A stretch of DNA of 64,000 bases from contig CALVIR010000004.1 in NCBI GenBank assembly GCA_944331915.1, positions 2,427-66,426 on the forward strand. Direction: 5' to 3'. The stretch's first letter is position 1, and every line of letters begins with the position of its first letter. A program made the translations under genes and the position numbers. Origin of the DNA: an uncultured Bacilli bacterium (lineage in GTDB: Bacteria > Bacillota_I > Bacilli_A > RF39 > UBA660). The notes under the pieces were generated by a model that searched no databases, had not been told where the DNA came from, and saw nothing but the letters and a program-made list of their open reading frames with translations. Of the stretch, positions 1-10,679 are shown piece after piece.

Positions 1-69
1 ATTTCTGATAATCCATATGCTGACTTTGGTTCAAGTATTGAAATAAGTGATGATGAATTACCATTTTAA
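1..69 (+). CDS. ssb: Single-stranded DNA-binding protein, 3' end only (partial at window edge)
   Basis: Frame 1 reads [22 protein letters not shown], the acidic DDxLPF tail of bacterial SSB. It lies directly upstream of rpsR, as in the rpsF-ssb-rpsR operon. Confidence 0.8.
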   Translation: MSDNPYADFGSSIEISDDELPF

Positions 70-83
70 AAAGGAGGGATATT

Positions 84-299
84 ATGGCAGACTTTCCACG
101 TCGTAAAAAGAAAGTATGTTTAATGTGTACGGGAAAAACAGTTAATTATAAAGATGTTGATACATTAAGAAAATATATAAACGAAAGAGGAAAAATAGTA
201 CCTCGTCGTGTTACAGGTAACTGTGCTCGTCATCAAAGATTTATTGCAAGAGAAATAAAAAGAGCTCGTGCTATTGGTTTATTACCATATACAAAGTAA
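84..299 (+). CDS. rpsR: 30S ribosomal protein S18
   Basis: 71 aa with the typical S18 sequence (RRKKVC...YKD...LRKYI...GKI.PRR.TG.CARHQR). RBS AAAGGAGGG upstream. Confidence 0.97.
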   Translation: MADFPRRKKKVCLMCTGKTVNYKDVDTLRKYINERGKIVPRRVTGNCARHQRFIAREIKRARAIGLLPYTK

Positions 300-323
300 A
301 GATTACTCTTTACTTTTTCTTTT
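293..323 (+). terminator. Rho-independent terminator after rpsR
   Basis: 10-bp perfect stem AAAGTAAAGA/TCTTTACTTT, 4-nt loop, T-rich tail. Confidence 0.8.
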
Positions 324-388
324 GTATTAGACTTTAAAAACTCTTAAAAATAGTATATAATACTACCAAGGGGATAAAGGAGGCTTAT

Positions 389-1381
389 ATGAAACTAGTA
401 GAAAGAAAAAAAGAAATAATTAAAAAGTTTAGACAAGCCAAGACCATATTTATTATGGCTCATAAAGATTTAGACTTAGATGCCTTAGGTAGTTCCATTG
501 GCCTTTATTTCATCTTAGAAAAGCTAAATAAAAACTGCTTTCTTATTATTGACGATTCCAAACATGAATCAGGTGTATCTAAAGTTCTAAAAGAATTAGA
601 AGGCTGTTTAAATATTATCAAAAGTTCTGCTATTGAAGAAAATCTTTATCTTCGTGATAAAAAGAATCTCTTAGTAATTCTAGATACTAATAAAAGAGAA
701 TTAGTTCAATCACCTGATGCCCTAAATCATTTTGGTACTAATAATATTTTAATATTAGACCATCATGAATTAGGTGAAACATCTATAGATTGTGATTTAA
801 GGATAATTGATAATGAAATATCTAGTACATGTGAAATGATTACCAATCTTATTGAAACATATCATATTTCCTTAGATCCATACTATGCTACCTTACTATT
901 ATCTGGAATTGTTTTAGATACTAATAACTTTACTTTGAAAACAAATGCTGACACCTATTATGCTGCATACTATCTCTCAAGTATGGGTGCTAGTACTAAA
1001 AAAGTTCAATATCTTTTAAAACAAGATTTAAAAGACTATATTGAACGCCAAAAAGTTATTACCAATGTAGATATTATTGATGAGAAAATAGCGATTGCTA
1101 AAGGCAGCCCTTATATGACATATAGAAGAGAAGACTTAGCTAAAATAGCCGATACCTTACTATTCTTCAATGATATCGAAGCATCTTTTGTCATTGCTAA
1201 ATCAAACTCTAAAACTATCGCCATTAGTGGTAGAAGCTTAGGTAATCACAATATTGCCAAAATTCTTACCCCTCTAGGTGGTGGAGGTGTTTCTACAAGT
1301 GGAGCGGCTAGAATTAGCGATTCAACGATAAGTAAAGTAGAGGCAAAATTAAAGCAGATCTTAAAGAAGGAGGATGAGTAA
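389..1381 (+). CDS. DHH/DHHA1 family phosphoesterase (stand-alone catalytic core at the gdpP/yybT synteny position)
   Basis: Carries the DHH motif (ILILDHHE) and a Gly-rich DHHA1 motif ([12 protein letters not shown]). It sits between rpsR and rplI, where Bacillus has gdpP. RBS AAGGAGG. Confidence 0.8.
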   Translation: MKLVERKKEIIKKFRQAKTIFIMAHKDLDLDALGSSIGLYFILEKLNKNCFLIIDDSKHESGVSKVLKELEGCLNIIKSSAIEENLYLRDKKNLLVILDTNKRELVQSPDALNHFGTNNILILDHHELGETSIDCDLRIIDNEISSTCEMITNLIETYHISLDPYYATLLLSGIVLDTNNFTLKTNADTYYAAYYLSSMGASTKKVQYLLKQDLKDYIERQKVITNVDIIDEKIAIAKGSPYMTYRREDLAKIADTLLFFNDIEASFVIAKSNSKTIAISGRSLGNHNIAKILTPLGGGGVSTSGAARISDSTISKVEAKLKQILKKEDE

Positions 1382-1823
1382 GTTGGATGTAATTTTCATC
1401 AAAGATTTAAAAGGACAAGGTAAAAAGGGAGAAATAAAAAGAGTTAAAGACGGTTATGCTGAAAATTTTTTAATAAAAAAAGGTTATGCAGTTATTGCTA
1501 ATGAAAGCAATTTAAATAATCTTAAACAAGAACAGCAGAAATTACAAGATAAACAAGAAAAGGCTCAAGCAGAAGCCTTAAAATTAAAACAAGAATTAGA
1601 AAATATTACTTTAACTTTTAAAGTAAAGACTAGTCAAGATGATAAAGTATTTGGTAGTGTTAGTCCTAAACAATTAAAAGAAGCTTTAGCAAAAGAAGGA
1701 TATAATATTGAAAAATCTGCTTTTAAAATAACTGATTCAATGTCTTCTTTGGGCTTTCATAACTTTGAAATTGAACTATACAAGAATATACTTGCTAAAG
1801 TAAAAGTTCATCTTGTAAAATAG
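1374..1823 (+). CDS. rplI: 50S ribosomal protein L9
   Basis: N-terminal [29 protein letters not shown] matches L9. A TTG start at 1383 is also possible. Confidence 0.92.
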   Translation: MSKLDVIFIKDLKGQGKKGEIKRVKDGYAENFLIKKGYAVIANESNLNNLKQEQQKLQDKQEKAQAEALKLKQELENITLTFKVKTSQDDKVFGSVSPKQLKEALAKEGYNIEKSAFKITDSMSSLGFHNFEIELYKNILAKVKVHLVK

Positions 1824-1833
1824 GAGGAAAACT

Positions 1834-3180
1834 ATGGCTTTAAAACCAATGCCTCAGAATCTAGATGCTGAAAAAAGTGTTTTAGGTTCTTGTTTCTTAT
1901 CACCAAATGCACTTTTAATGACAATAGAAAGTCTTGATGAAACTGACTTTTTTGATGAACGAAATCAAAAAATATTTAAAGCTTTGAAAGTCTTGGCTGA
2001 AGAAAAAACTCCAGTTGATTTAACAACAATAACTACTACTTTAACAAGACTTAACTATTTAACTGACATCGGAGGAGTCAGCTATTTAATCGAAATAACT
2101 AACTTTGTTCCAACTGCTGCTAATATAGAATACTATCTAAAAGAGGTTAATAATACCTCGATTCTTCGCCGTTTAATTGAAACTGCTACTGATATTGCTA
2201 CCTCTGGCTATAATCTAGAAGAAAATGTAAATGATATCTTGGACCAAGCTGAACGAAAAATATTAACCATTGTTAAAAATCGCAAGGGTAGCGAATTTAA
2301 AACTATTCAAAGCGTTTTAGTAAAAACAGAAGAAGACTTGCAAAAACTAGCTGAGGCTAAAGGAGAAATAACAGGAATTCCAAGCGGTTGGTATGATATT
2401 GATAAAGTAACTGCCGGTCTTCATGAAAATGAGCTAATAATACTAGCTGCTCGTCCTGGTATGGGTAAAACTGCTTTTGCTTTAAATCTTGCTACTTATA
2501 TAACAACCCACACTGACAAAAGCGTTGCGGTTTTTAACCTAGAAATGGGTGCTGAACAACTAGCAAACCGTATTATCTCCTCTTTAGGGCAAATAGAAGG
2601 TTATAAACTAAGAACTGGTAAAATGCTTAATAATGATTGGAAACGCTTTGATCAAGCAGTTTCAAGATTAAATGATGCTAAACTGTATATTGACGATACT
2701 CCAGGTATTACAATCGGAGAAATAAGAGCAAAATGTCGACGTCTGGCTTCTAGCACAGATGGCTTAGATTTAGTTATTATTGACTACTTACAATTGATTT
2801 CAGGAGGTAAAAATTATGGAGCTAATCGTCAACAAGAAGTTGCTGATATATCTAGAAGCCTAAAAACTCTTGCTATGGAACTTCATATTCCTGTCATTGC
2901 CTTAGCGCAATTATCAAGAAGTGTTGAAGGTCGTGAAGATAAAAGACCAATGTTATCAGACTTAAGAGAATCAGGATCAATTGAACAAGATGCCGATCTT
3001 GTTGGTTTCCTATATCGAGATGACTACTATACAAAAGAAGCTAAAAATGATGCTACTAGTATTAGTGAATTTATTATCGCTAAACATCGTAGTGGTCCTC
3101 AAGCTACAATTCAACTACTATTCAAGAAAGATACATCAACATTCTTAAATATGAGTAAAAACGAAAGCGAGGTTGAGTAA
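1834..3180 (+). CDS. dnaB: Replicative DNA helicase (DnaB family)
   Basis: 448 aa with Walker A GMGKTAF and the characteristic N-terminus (P.N.DAEKSVLGS). RBS AGGAGG. Confidence 0.97.
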   Translation: MALKPMPQNLDAEKSVLGSCFLSPNALLMTIESLDETDFFDERNQKIFKALKVLAEEKTPVDLTTITTTLTRLNYLTDIGGVSYLIEITNFVPTAANIEYYLKEVNNTSILRRLIETATDIATSGYNLEENVNDILDQAERKILTIVKNRKGSEFKTIQSVLVKTEEDLQKLAEAKGEITGIPSGWYDIDKVTAGLHENELIILAARPGMGKTAFALNLATYITTHTDKSVAVFNLEMGAEQLANRIISSLGQIEGYKLRTGKMLNNDWKRFDQAVSRLNDAKLYIDDTPGITIGEIRAKCRRLASSTDGLDLVIIDYLQLISGGKNYGANRQQEVADISRSLKTLAMELHIPVIALAQLSRSVEGREDKRPMLSDLRESGSIEQDADLVGFLYRDDYYTKEAKNDATSISEFIIAKHRSGPQATIQLLFKKDTSTFLNMSKNESEVE

Positions 3181-4695
3181 ATGAATATTAAAAATATACT
3201 TATTATAGGTGTATCAATACTAATAAGTGTAATTTTACTATTTTTCACACCCAAAACAAAAGTTATGTCCCCCCAAAGTGTCTATCGCGTTTATCTAGCA
3301 GGTAAATCTGTTGGACTAATCGAAGATAAAGAGGACTTAGACCAATATATTGATAAAGAACAACAAAGTTTAAAAGATAAATACAAGGCTGACAAAGTAT
3401 ATGCTCCTGAAAGTTTAGAGGTAGTAAAAGATATTACCTATAATGAGAAAATATCTACTACAGAAGAAATATATAATAAAATAAAAGATATTGAACCCTT
3501 TACGATTAGAGGCTATGAAATTAATATTCAAGGTATAGATACTACAAATGAACAAGGAGAAACAATTAAAGGTGTAGATCAAACTATTTATGTTCTAGAT
3601 GAAGAAATATTTAATGAAGCGATGGATAGAACAATTAGATCCTTTGTTAGTAGTGATAGTTATGATCGCTATCTAAATAACGAACAAGGAGAAATTCAAA
3701 GTGGTTCAACAGGTACAATTATTGAAAATATATACATTGAAAATAAAATAACTATTAAAGAGACTAATATTCCGTCTGATGAAACAATCTATGAGAATGC
3801 TGATGATTTAAGTAAATATTTATTATTTGGTACACTAGATGAACAACAAACCTATACCGTTCAAAATGGTGATACGATTAGTGATGTAGCATTTAATAAT
3901 AAGTTATCAAATGAGGAGTTTTTAATTGCTAATCCAGAATTTAGTAATGCCACTAACCTTCTTTATGAAGGACAAACTGTTACCATTAGTATTATTAAAC
4001 CCCAATTTAGATTAGTTGAAGTAGATCATCAAGTAAGTTTACAAGATATTCCTTATGAAACAGAAACAAGATATGATGATAGTCAGTATACTACTTATGA
4101 AGAAACCATCCAAGAAGGTGTTAATGGTTCACAATTAGTAACCTCAAAAGTTGAAAAAGTAAATGGTCAAGTTGAAAGTGCTGTTATCGATCATAGTGCC
4201 ACTAGAGTAATAAAAGAACCAACTAAAAGAATTATTGTCAAAGGAACAAAAAAACGTAGTTATGGCGGTGTTGATAGCAGCTTGTCTAGTACTACTAAAA
4301 TTGAAGGTTATTGGTTATGGCCAACTATAACTACCTACTATATTAGTAGTTCTTATGGTTATCGGTGGGGTACTTTACATGATGGTATGGATATAGCAGG
4401 TTCAGGATATGGATCTCCAATCTATGCATCAAACAACGGTATTGTCGTCGCTTCAAGTTATAAATGGGATAATGGGGAATATATAGTTATAAATCATAAT
4501 AATGGTTACTATACTATGTATGCTCATCTAGCTAATCGTTATGTTAGTGTTGGTCAAGAAGTGTCAATTGGTGATGTCATTGGAACTATGGGACAATCTG
4601 GTTTTGCAACTGGTGTTCACCTTCACTTTGGTCTATGGCGTGGCTATCCATATAGTCGTGGTTCATCTTCTCTAAATCCAATGAGTCTCTTCTAA
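3181..4695 (+). CDS. Membrane-anchored LysM / G5 / M23 family metallopeptidase
   Basis: N-terminal TM helix; LysM-like segment (YTVQNGDTISDVA...); G5-like segment (ETETRYDD...EGVNGSQ...VKG); C-terminal M23 motifs (HDGMDIAG ... HLHFG). Confidence 0.8.
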   Translation: MNIKNILIIGVSILISVILLFFTPKTKVMSPQSVYRVYLAGKSVGLIEDKEDLDQYIDKEQQSLKDKYKADKVYAPESLEVVKDITYNEKISTTEEIYNKIKDIEPFTIRGYEINIQGIDTTNEQGETIKGVDQTIYVLDEEIFNEAMDRTIRSFVSSDSYDRYLNNEQGEIQSGSTGTIIENIYIENKITIKETNIPSDETIYENADDLSKYLLFGTLDEQQTYTVQNGDTISDVAFNNKLSNEEFLIANPEFSNATNLLYEGQTVTISIIKPQFRLVEVDHQVSLQDIPYETETRYDDSQYTTYEETIQEGVNGSQLVTSKVEKVNGQVESAVIDHSATRVIKEPTKRIIVKGTKKRSYGGVDSSLSSTTKIEGYWLWPTITTYYISSSYGYRWGTLHDGMDIAGSGYGSPIYASNNGIVVASSYKWDNGEYIVINHNNGYYTMYAHLANRYVSVGQEVSIGDVIGTMGQSGFATGVHLHFGLWRGYPYSRGSSSLNPMSLF

Positions 4696-5483
4696 TGAAA
4701 ATAAAAGTTTTAGCGAGTGGATCTAAAGGTAATTGTTCTTATATTGAGACAGCATCTACTCGCTTTCTTATTGATATTGGAATAACTTATCAAAAATTAA
4801 AACAAGAACTAGAAAAGATGAATTTAGAAATAAACGATATTGACTTTCTATTTTTAACCCATGCCCATAATGACCATACTAGTGGCCTAAAAGTTTTATT
4901 AAAGCATAGTAATTTAAAAGTCTTTGCTAACAAACTAATAACTAAAGAATTAACTACTGAAATACCTAAAGATCGTCTTCTACTTTATGAAGATAACTTT
5001 AAGATCTTTTCTACTAATATAACTGTTTTTAATACTTCCCATGATGCGAAAGGATCAGTTGGTTTTCTCATCACTGATAGTAATACCAGTTTGGTCTATA
5101 TAACAGATACAGGTTATTTAAATCGCAAATATTTTACTCTCTTAAAAAATAAAGATATTTATTACATGGAGAGTAATCATGATGAAAAGATGTTAATGGA
5201 AGGACCATATCCATATTACTTAAAACAACGAATTATCAGTGATGAAGGCCATTTATCTAATAAAACAGCCGCTTCCTACTTAAAAAGACTAATCGGTTCT
5301 ACTACTAAATATATAATTCTTGCTCACTTAAGTGAACATAACAATAAAGAAGATTTGGCTTATCAAGCCACTAATGAAATATTACATGAGTTAGATTTAC
5401 ATCCTAAAGTTTTAATTGCTAAACAAAATGAAGCCTTAGACGAAATAGAGGTGCTATATGATCAAATTAATATGTATCGGTAA
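4695..5483 (+). CDS. MBL-fold metallo-hydrolase (YycJ/WalJ-like)
   Basis: Beta-lactamase-fold motif LTHAHNDHTSG. Size and sequence resemble Bacillus YycJ. Confidence 0.8.
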   Translation: MKIKVLASGSKGNCSYIETASTRFLIDIGITYQKLKQELEKMNLEINDIDFLFLTHAHNDHTSGLKVLLKHSNLKVFANKLITKELTTEIPKDRLLLYEDNFKIFSTNITVFNTSHDAKGSVGFLITDSNTSLVYITDTGYLNRKYFTLLKNKDIYYMESNHDEKMLMEGPYPYYLKQRIISDEGHLSNKTAASYLKRLIGSTTKYIILAHLSEHNNKEDLAYQATNEILHELDLHPKVLIAKQNEALDEIEVLYDQINMYR

Positions 5484-5913
5484 AATAAAAGAAAAATACT
5501 TTCAAGAAGCAATCAAAGAATATGAAAAAAGATTATCTAAATATACAAAATTAGACATTATTGAGTTACCAGATTTAGACTATTCTGAAATAGATAAAAT
5601 AAAAAAAGAGGAGGCTAAACTCATTTTAAAGCACCTAAGACCAAATGATAATGTTATAGTTTTAGACATTTTCGGACAAGAGTTAGATTCTTTAGAATTA
5701 ACAAAAACCATCATGAATCTAGAACAAAGAAACAGCAATTTAACTTTTATTATTGGTGGTAGTTATGGTCTATCTGAAGAAATAAAAACTCGTGCTAATT
5801 ATCATTTATCCTTTTCTAAATTAACTTTTCCCCATCAACTATTTAGAATTATCTTTTTAGAACAACTTTATAGAACTTATAAAATTAGAAATAATGAAAG
5901 CTATCATAAGTGA
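5458..5913 (+). CDS. rlmH: 23S rRNA (pseudouridine1915-N3)-methyltransferase RlmH
   Basis: About 150 aa SPOUT protein: IGKIKEKY...YEKRL, C-terminal IGGS.G...LSFS..TFPHQL.R. RBS GAGGTG. Confidence 0.93.
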   Translation: MIKLICIGKIKEKYFQEAIKEYEKRLSKYTKLDIIELPDLDYSEIDKIKKEEAKLILKHLRPNDNVIVLDIFGQELDSLELTKTIMNLEQRNSNLTFIIGGSYGLSEEIKTRANYHLSFSKLTFPHQLFRIIFLEQLYRTYKIRNNESYHK

Positions 5914-5923
5914 GGTGTTAATA

Positions 5924-6586
5924 ATGATAGGTAATGACTGGGATTACTATTTAAAAGATGAATATAATAAAGACTATTTTAAAGAACTATTAGTAAATAT
6001 AAATAAATATTATAAGGATAAAACTATTTTTCCTCCTAAAAATGAAATTTTTAATGCATTTAGACATACCCCTTATCAAGATGTAAAGGTCGTAATACTA
6101 GGCCAAGATCCATATCATGGTCCTAATCAAGCTGAAGGCTTATCATTTTCTGTGAAAAATGATGTAAAAAAACCACCAAGTTTACAAAATATTTTTAAAG
6201 AACTAAATGATGATTTAAATATTCCTTTTCCTAAAACTAACAGCCTTATTCCTTGGGCCGATCAGGGTGTTCTTCTTCTAAATACAGTTTTAACAGTAGA
6301 AGCTAATCATCCTGCCTCTCACAAAGGTTTAGGTTGGGAAATCTTTACTGATCAAGTTATTAAATTGCTAAACGAAAAAACTACACCTGTTGTTTTCATT
6401 CTTTGGGGTTCCTTTGCTAGAAGCAAGAAAAGTCTTATCACTAATAAGAATCATTATATTATCGAATCAGCTCATCCATCGCCATTTTCTGCTTATAATG
6501 GTTTCTTTGGTAGTAAACCTTTCTCTAAGACTAATAATTACTTAATAAGTAAAGGCCTAACTCCTATAGATTGGACTATTGAATAG
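5924..6586 (+). CDS. ung: Uracil-DNA glycosylase
   Basis: Family-1 UDG motifs VILGQDPYHGPNQAEGLSFSV and HPSP. I moved the start to ATG 5924, 7 nt after GAGGTG; the track ORF begins at 5894. Confidence 0.93.
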   Translation: MIGNDWDYYLKDEYNKDYFKELLVNINKYYKDKTIFPPKNEIFNAFRHTPYQDVKVVILGQDPYHGPNQAEGLSFSVKNDVKKPPSLQNIFKELNDDLNIPFPKTNSLIPWADQGVLLLNTVLTVEANHPASHKGLGWEIFTDQVIKLLNEKTTPVVFILWGSFARSKKSLITNKNHYIIESAHPSPFSAYNGFFGSKPFSKTNNYLISKGLTPIDWTIE

Positions 6587-6593
6587 ATAAGAT

Positions 6594-6624
6594 GTTTGTT
6601 GTATTTTTGGCAACAAACTTTTTT
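6594..6624 (+). terminator. Rho-independent terminator after ung
   Basis: GTTTGTTG(n9)CAACAAAC followed by TTTTTT. Confidence 0.75.
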
Positions 6625-6692
6625 AATGATTATAATTGGTAAAAACTAGAAAAATATCGATATTCTTGACATTTTTTTTAACTTAAAGCCAT

Positions 6693-6714
6693 AAAAAAAC
6701 TACGATTTCGTAGT
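6693..6714 (-). terminator. Rho-independent terminator after the LemA-like gene
   Basis: The minus strand reads AACTACGaaatCGTAGTT followed by a T7 run. Confidence 0.65.
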
Positions 6715-7244
6715 TAATTCTTTAATATTTCAAAACTATCTCTTTTTTCAATCTTATAACTTTCAACATCTTGATAATGAGAAAAAGTTTTAACTAAATT
6801 AGCAGGAAACTTATGAGCCAAATAATTTATCTCTCCACTGTTATCGTTATAATACTTTAATGCTGCCCTTAAATCATTCTCATTTTCATTTAATTTATCT
6901 ATTAGAGGACTTATCTTTTCTAAATCAATTTTTCCATCATAATCATCAATAATATGAAGCATTTCATTAGTCATTTTCATTAGTTCTGTATATAACTCTC
7001 TATGATCTAGTCTTTGCATTTTTAACTTTCCAACCGGTGGTATATCCTTAATCTTTTCTTCTTCTAAGATAGGTACTATTTTTAATAAGATTTCTTCTTT
7101 TTTCTGTAGTAATATATCTAAATTATTATCCGCTTCTTTTACTTTAATATATAAAAATTCATATTTATTACGATAATACATAAAGGAAATAACAAATATC
7201 CCTATAATAATTACTAACACTCCCCCTATAATAGCATAAACCAT
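6714..7244 (-). CDS. LemA family membrane protein (putative)
   Basis: N-terminal TM helix, and C-terminal LKYYNDNSGEINYLAHKFPANLV resembling the LemA YN..V..YN..I..FP.N motif. ATG 7244 has better SD spacing than GTG 7253. Confidence 0.6.
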   Translation of the reverse strand: MVYAIIGGVLVIIIGIFVISFMYYRNKYEFLYIKVKEADNNLDILLQKKEEILLKIVPILEEEKIKDIPPVGKLKMQRLDHRELYTELMKMTNEMLHIIDDYDGKIDLEKISPLIDKLNENENDLRAALKYYNDNSGEINYLAHKFPANLVKTFSHYQDVESYKIEKRDSFEILKN

Positions 7245-7333
7245 TAATATCACATCCTCATAACCATTATATCAAATAGGTAATAAAATATCAAAAAAGA
7301 ATATGTTATTATTTCCATATTCTTTAATAATAA

Positions 7334-7831
7334 TTATGATTGCTTATTTAATCTAAATGGTTCATTACTACCATCATCAAATGTAAAATATGAACAATCA
7401 TCAGCGATAACATAGTCATCTGTATAATAAGTTGTAACCTCATCTCTTGGACCAGTCGTATCTCTCATTCTCGTAATACTTAAGGTATTATCATGAACAG
7501 TATAATAGCCAGTAGCTCGAGATGCTGTCCCAAAAGAAGCTTCAAATGTTCCATCTTCATTAAGAGTATAAGTATAGCTTAATGTATAATCTGTACCATT
7601 AGAATTAGTATTAATCATTTCCCCAGAATATGTTCCAGTACATCTAGGGGTATTATCGTTATTATTACTCCCATTGCTATTGTCATCATCTTCTACTACA
7701 GTAGTATTATCATTTTCTTCACTACTGAAAATTATCCCTTTATCATAACAAATATATAAAGCAAGTCCTATTATAATAACAATTGCTATAACTAAAGAAA
7801 TAACTAATCCTGTATTTTTTTTGTTCCACAA
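7334..7831 (-). CDS. Hypothetical membrane-anchored protein (N-terminal TM, Asn/Asp-rich linker)
   Basis: ORF with a strong RBS (AGGAGGAG) before a GTG start. One TM helix; no motif recognised. Confidence 0.5.
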   Translation of the reverse strand: MWNKKNTGLVISLVIAIVIIIGLALYICYDKGIIFSSEENDNTTVVEDDDNSNGSNNNDNTPRCTGTYSGEMINTNSNGTDYTLSYTYTLNEDGTFEASFGTASRATGYYTVHDNTLSITRMRDTTGPRDEVTTYYTDDYVIADDCSYFTFDDGSNEPFRLNKQS

Positions 7832-7880
7832 TTAACTCCTCCTTGACCATACTATACTATAAAAGAATAGTAAAATCAAG

Positions 7881-8207
7881 TTACCTAACAATTATATCTT
7901 CTCTAAATTCAACATAATTTAAGTAAACAGCCCATAATAAATAATTATGATTAGTATTTGTATCTTTTACCACAACATAATCTTTTCCCGCCGCTGCAAT
8001 TATGCCACTAAAGACTTTATCACGCCACTCTAGGGAATCAGAATATGACATATAAAAACTTGCAAACTTTCCCACATTTAACTCTAAAATATTTTCTGCA
8101 TAATCAGCATCTCCTGCTATATTCATATTATTATTAGGTACACCATAATCAAAGTTTTCATAAGGGGGATCGGTACTTTGATTTGGATAGGTATAGTTAT
8201 TATTCAT
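7881..8207 (-). CDS. gerQ: Spore coat protein GerQ-like
   Basis: The C-terminal half (NVGKFASFYMSYSDSLEWRDKVFSGIIAAAGKDYVVVKD...YLLWAVYLNYVEF) resembles my recollection of Bacillus GerQ/YwdL. Q/N/Y-rich N-terminus. Confidence 0.6.
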   Translation of the reverse strand: MNNNYTYPNQSTDPPYENFDYGVPNNNMNIAGDADYAENILELNVGKFASFYMSYSDSLEWRDKVFSGIIAAAGKDYVVVKDTNTNHNYLLWAVYLNYVEFREDIIVR

Positions 8208-8255
8208 CAAATCATCCTCTCATAATAATATTATGAATTAGTCTTTAAATTATAC

Positions 8256-10217
8256 TTAATTATTTACATCATAATCAAAAACTGGATCATCTTCACTAGG
8301 CTCTGTTCCTTTAACATAATACATAATGATTTTTTTCTCATCACTATCAGTAGCAGGTTTTCCAGTTATCGGATTAACAAGAACTCCTACGACATTTTCT
8401 GGCTGCTCATACCATTCATTATCTTTTCCTTCCATATATGTTTCCATTGCCTGTAACCAAATATTCTGTGCATATTTATACTCACTAGAATTTAAATCTC
8501 TATTATCATCATATCCACACCATACTGCCGTTACAATCTTATTATTATAACCAATATACCAATTATCAGTATTAGTAGTACCACTTTTTAAAGCATACTT
8601 ATGAGTCATTCTACTAGCTAAATTAACAGCAGTTGGATAATTATAATCAATAAAATTCCTATCATAAGTAGCCGTTAACAAATTACTAAGGATAAATGTT
8701 AAATTAGAGTTAAGTATAAGTTCTTTCTCATCATCTGCTTCATACAAGATATTTCCTTCATTATCAACAACCTTTGTTATAAAATGTGGTTTTACTTTAT
8801 AACCAGAATTAGCAAAAGCAGAATAGGCCGCGGCCATTTCTAACATTCCAATTTCACTAGTCCCAAGCGCAAGCGAAGGAACCATATCAAGATTAGCCGT
8901 AATACCAAGTCTCTTTGCCATATTAACAAGAGTTTCTTCGCCTAAAAACATATGTGTTTTAACCGCATAGATATTTTCTGAGTATGCTATCGCTGTTGCC
9001 ATAGAAATAGGTTTATGACCATAAGTATCATTATAATTTTGTGGTGAATAAGTCTCATTATTATCAAAAGTAAAAGTAGTCTCTTCACTTGTAAAAGTAG
9101 TTGATGCAGTAAAACCATTTTCTAAAGCAGCATAGTAAAGAAAAGGTTTCATCGTCGAACCCACTTGCCTCCTTGCATCTGTCGCTCGATTAAACTCTGA
9201 TTTATTATAATCTTTTCCACCTACCAACGCTAGCACTGCACCCGTATTAGGGTCCATCATAACACTAGCATTTTCTAACTCGCTATCTGGCATATTCTCT
9301 TTAACAATCGCTTCTAACTCTTTTTGTAATTCAATATCTAAACTAGTATATACTTTAAGTCCTCCTGTTTCCAAAAATGTCTCTGGTATTTCTTTAAGAC
9401 TTTTAAGCTCAGCAATAACCGCATCTTGATAATACATTACACTCTGTAATTCTTCTTCCTCTTCTTCTCCAATAAATTGTAACTCTTCTGCCATCGCCTG
9501 ATTATACTCATCTTTTGTTATCACTTTATCATTATACATATTAGTAAGAATCATCTCTTGTCTTGCTTTAGCCTTATCAAAATTTACTAATGGTGAATAA
9601 TTACTAGGCGATTTTGGAATTCCTGTTAACATTGCTGCTTCTGCCAAAGACAAGTCTCTAGCACTCTTTCCAAAATAAAACTGACTAGCCGTCTCTATTC
9701 CATACTTACCATGTCCATAATTAATCGTATTTAAATATCCTTCAAGTATTTCATCTTTACTATAATGTGTCTCAATCGCTATTGTATACCACATCTCATC
9801 CCATTTTCTTTGCCATGTTTTATCAAAGTCTAGAAATAAATTTTTAGCATACTGTTGTGTAATTGTACTAGCTCCTTGTACTGTTTTTCCACTTGTCACA
9901 TTAACAACTAAGGCTTTAAGTATTCTAAGATAATCAAACCCAATATGCTTATAAAAGTTTTTATCTTCCGTATTTATCGTCGCTTCTATTAAATAAGATG
10001 ATATATCATCAAGACTAATCCATTCTCTTGATCCACTACCTTGAAAAAACACCTCATTATTACTATCAAAAAGCATAAAACTATTCGCATTTTTTATCTC
10101 AATCGCTGGACTAATCTTTGCATAAGTATAGACAATAACATTGCCTACAATGAATATTCCTATAAAAACTAAAAAAATTATCAACGTCTTTTTTACTATT
10201 TTCATCTTCTTCACCAT
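8256..10217 (-). CDS. Bifunctional class A penicillin-binding protein (glycosyltransferase/transpeptidase, PBP1A family)
   Basis: GT51 motifs (EDKNFYKH, GASTITQQ, RKWDE) and transpeptidase motifs (STMKP, SEN, KSGTT). N-terminal TM anchor. Confidence 0.93.
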   Translation of the reverse strand: MVKKMKIVKKTLIIFLVFIGIFIVGNVIVYTYAKISPAIEIKNANSFMLFDSNNEVFFQGSGSREWISLDDISSYLIEATINTEDKNFYKHIGFDYLRILKALVVNVTSGKTVQGASTITQQYAKNLFLDFDKTWQRKWDEMWYTIAIETHYSKDEILEGYLNTINYGHGKYGIETASQFYFGKSARDLSLAEAAMLTGIPKSPSNYSPLVNFDKAKARQEMILTNMYNDKVITKDEYNQAMAEELQFIGEEEEEELQSVMYYQDAVIAELKSLKEIPETFLETGGLKVYTSLDIELQKELEAIVKENMPDSELENASVMMDPNTGAVLALVGGKDYNKSEFNRATDARRQVGSTMKPFLYYAALENGFTASTTFTSEETTFTFDNNETYSPQNYNDTYGHKPISMATAIAYSENIYAVKTHMFLGEETLVNMAKRLGITANLDMVPSLALGTSEIGMLEMAAAYSAFANSGYKVKPHFITKVVDNEGNILYEADDEKELILNSNLTFILSNLLTATYDRNFIDYNYPTAVNLASRMTHKYALKSGTTNTDNWYIGYNNKIVTAVWCGYDDNRDLNSSEYKYAQNIWLQAMETYMEGKDNEWYEQPENVVGVLVNPITGKPATDSDEKKIIMYYVKGTEPSEDDPVFDYDVNN

Positions 10218-10310
10218 TTTTAGTAATACCCAAAAATATCTTATTAAAACCTATTAAGTTGTAACTTTGATGTTTTTCTGTTATAATCATAAAGAAAAAA
10301 AGGAGTAACT

Positions 10311-10679
10311 ATGAAAGAAGTATTTATAAAAGCTAAAATTAAAAACGAAGATTCCATCATTCCCTTTGAAGGTAAAGGAGTATATGACTTATCTAAATCT
10401 ATGATTCAGTATCAAGATAAAGACACTAATGCGGTATTAACAATTTTTCTAAATGACAATATTATGTTACGGGAAACAGAGGATACTATTTTAAGTTATA
10501 AGTTTGTGGAAAATGCAAAAACTAATTTTGAGGTCTTTTTAAAAGATTTAAAACAAACAGGTTATGTTCCACTTACAACTAGAAAAATTGCTAAAACAAA
10601 TACTAATTATCAAGTTACATATAATATTGAAGGTAATGATTTTGATCATACATATGAGATAGAATGGAGGATACTATGA
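10311..10679 (+). CDS. DUF1934 (YwiB-like) protein
   Basis: About 120 aa protein overlapping the argS start, the arrangement typical of ywiB-argS in Bacillota. The call rests on context and size; there is no catalytic motif. Confidence 0.55.
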   Translation: MKEVFIKAKIKNEDSIIPFEGKGVYDLSKSMIQYQDKDTNAVLTIFLNDNIMLRETEDTILSYKFVENAKTNFEVFLKDLKQTGYVPLTTRKIAKTNTNYQVTYNIEGNDFDHTYEIEWRIL

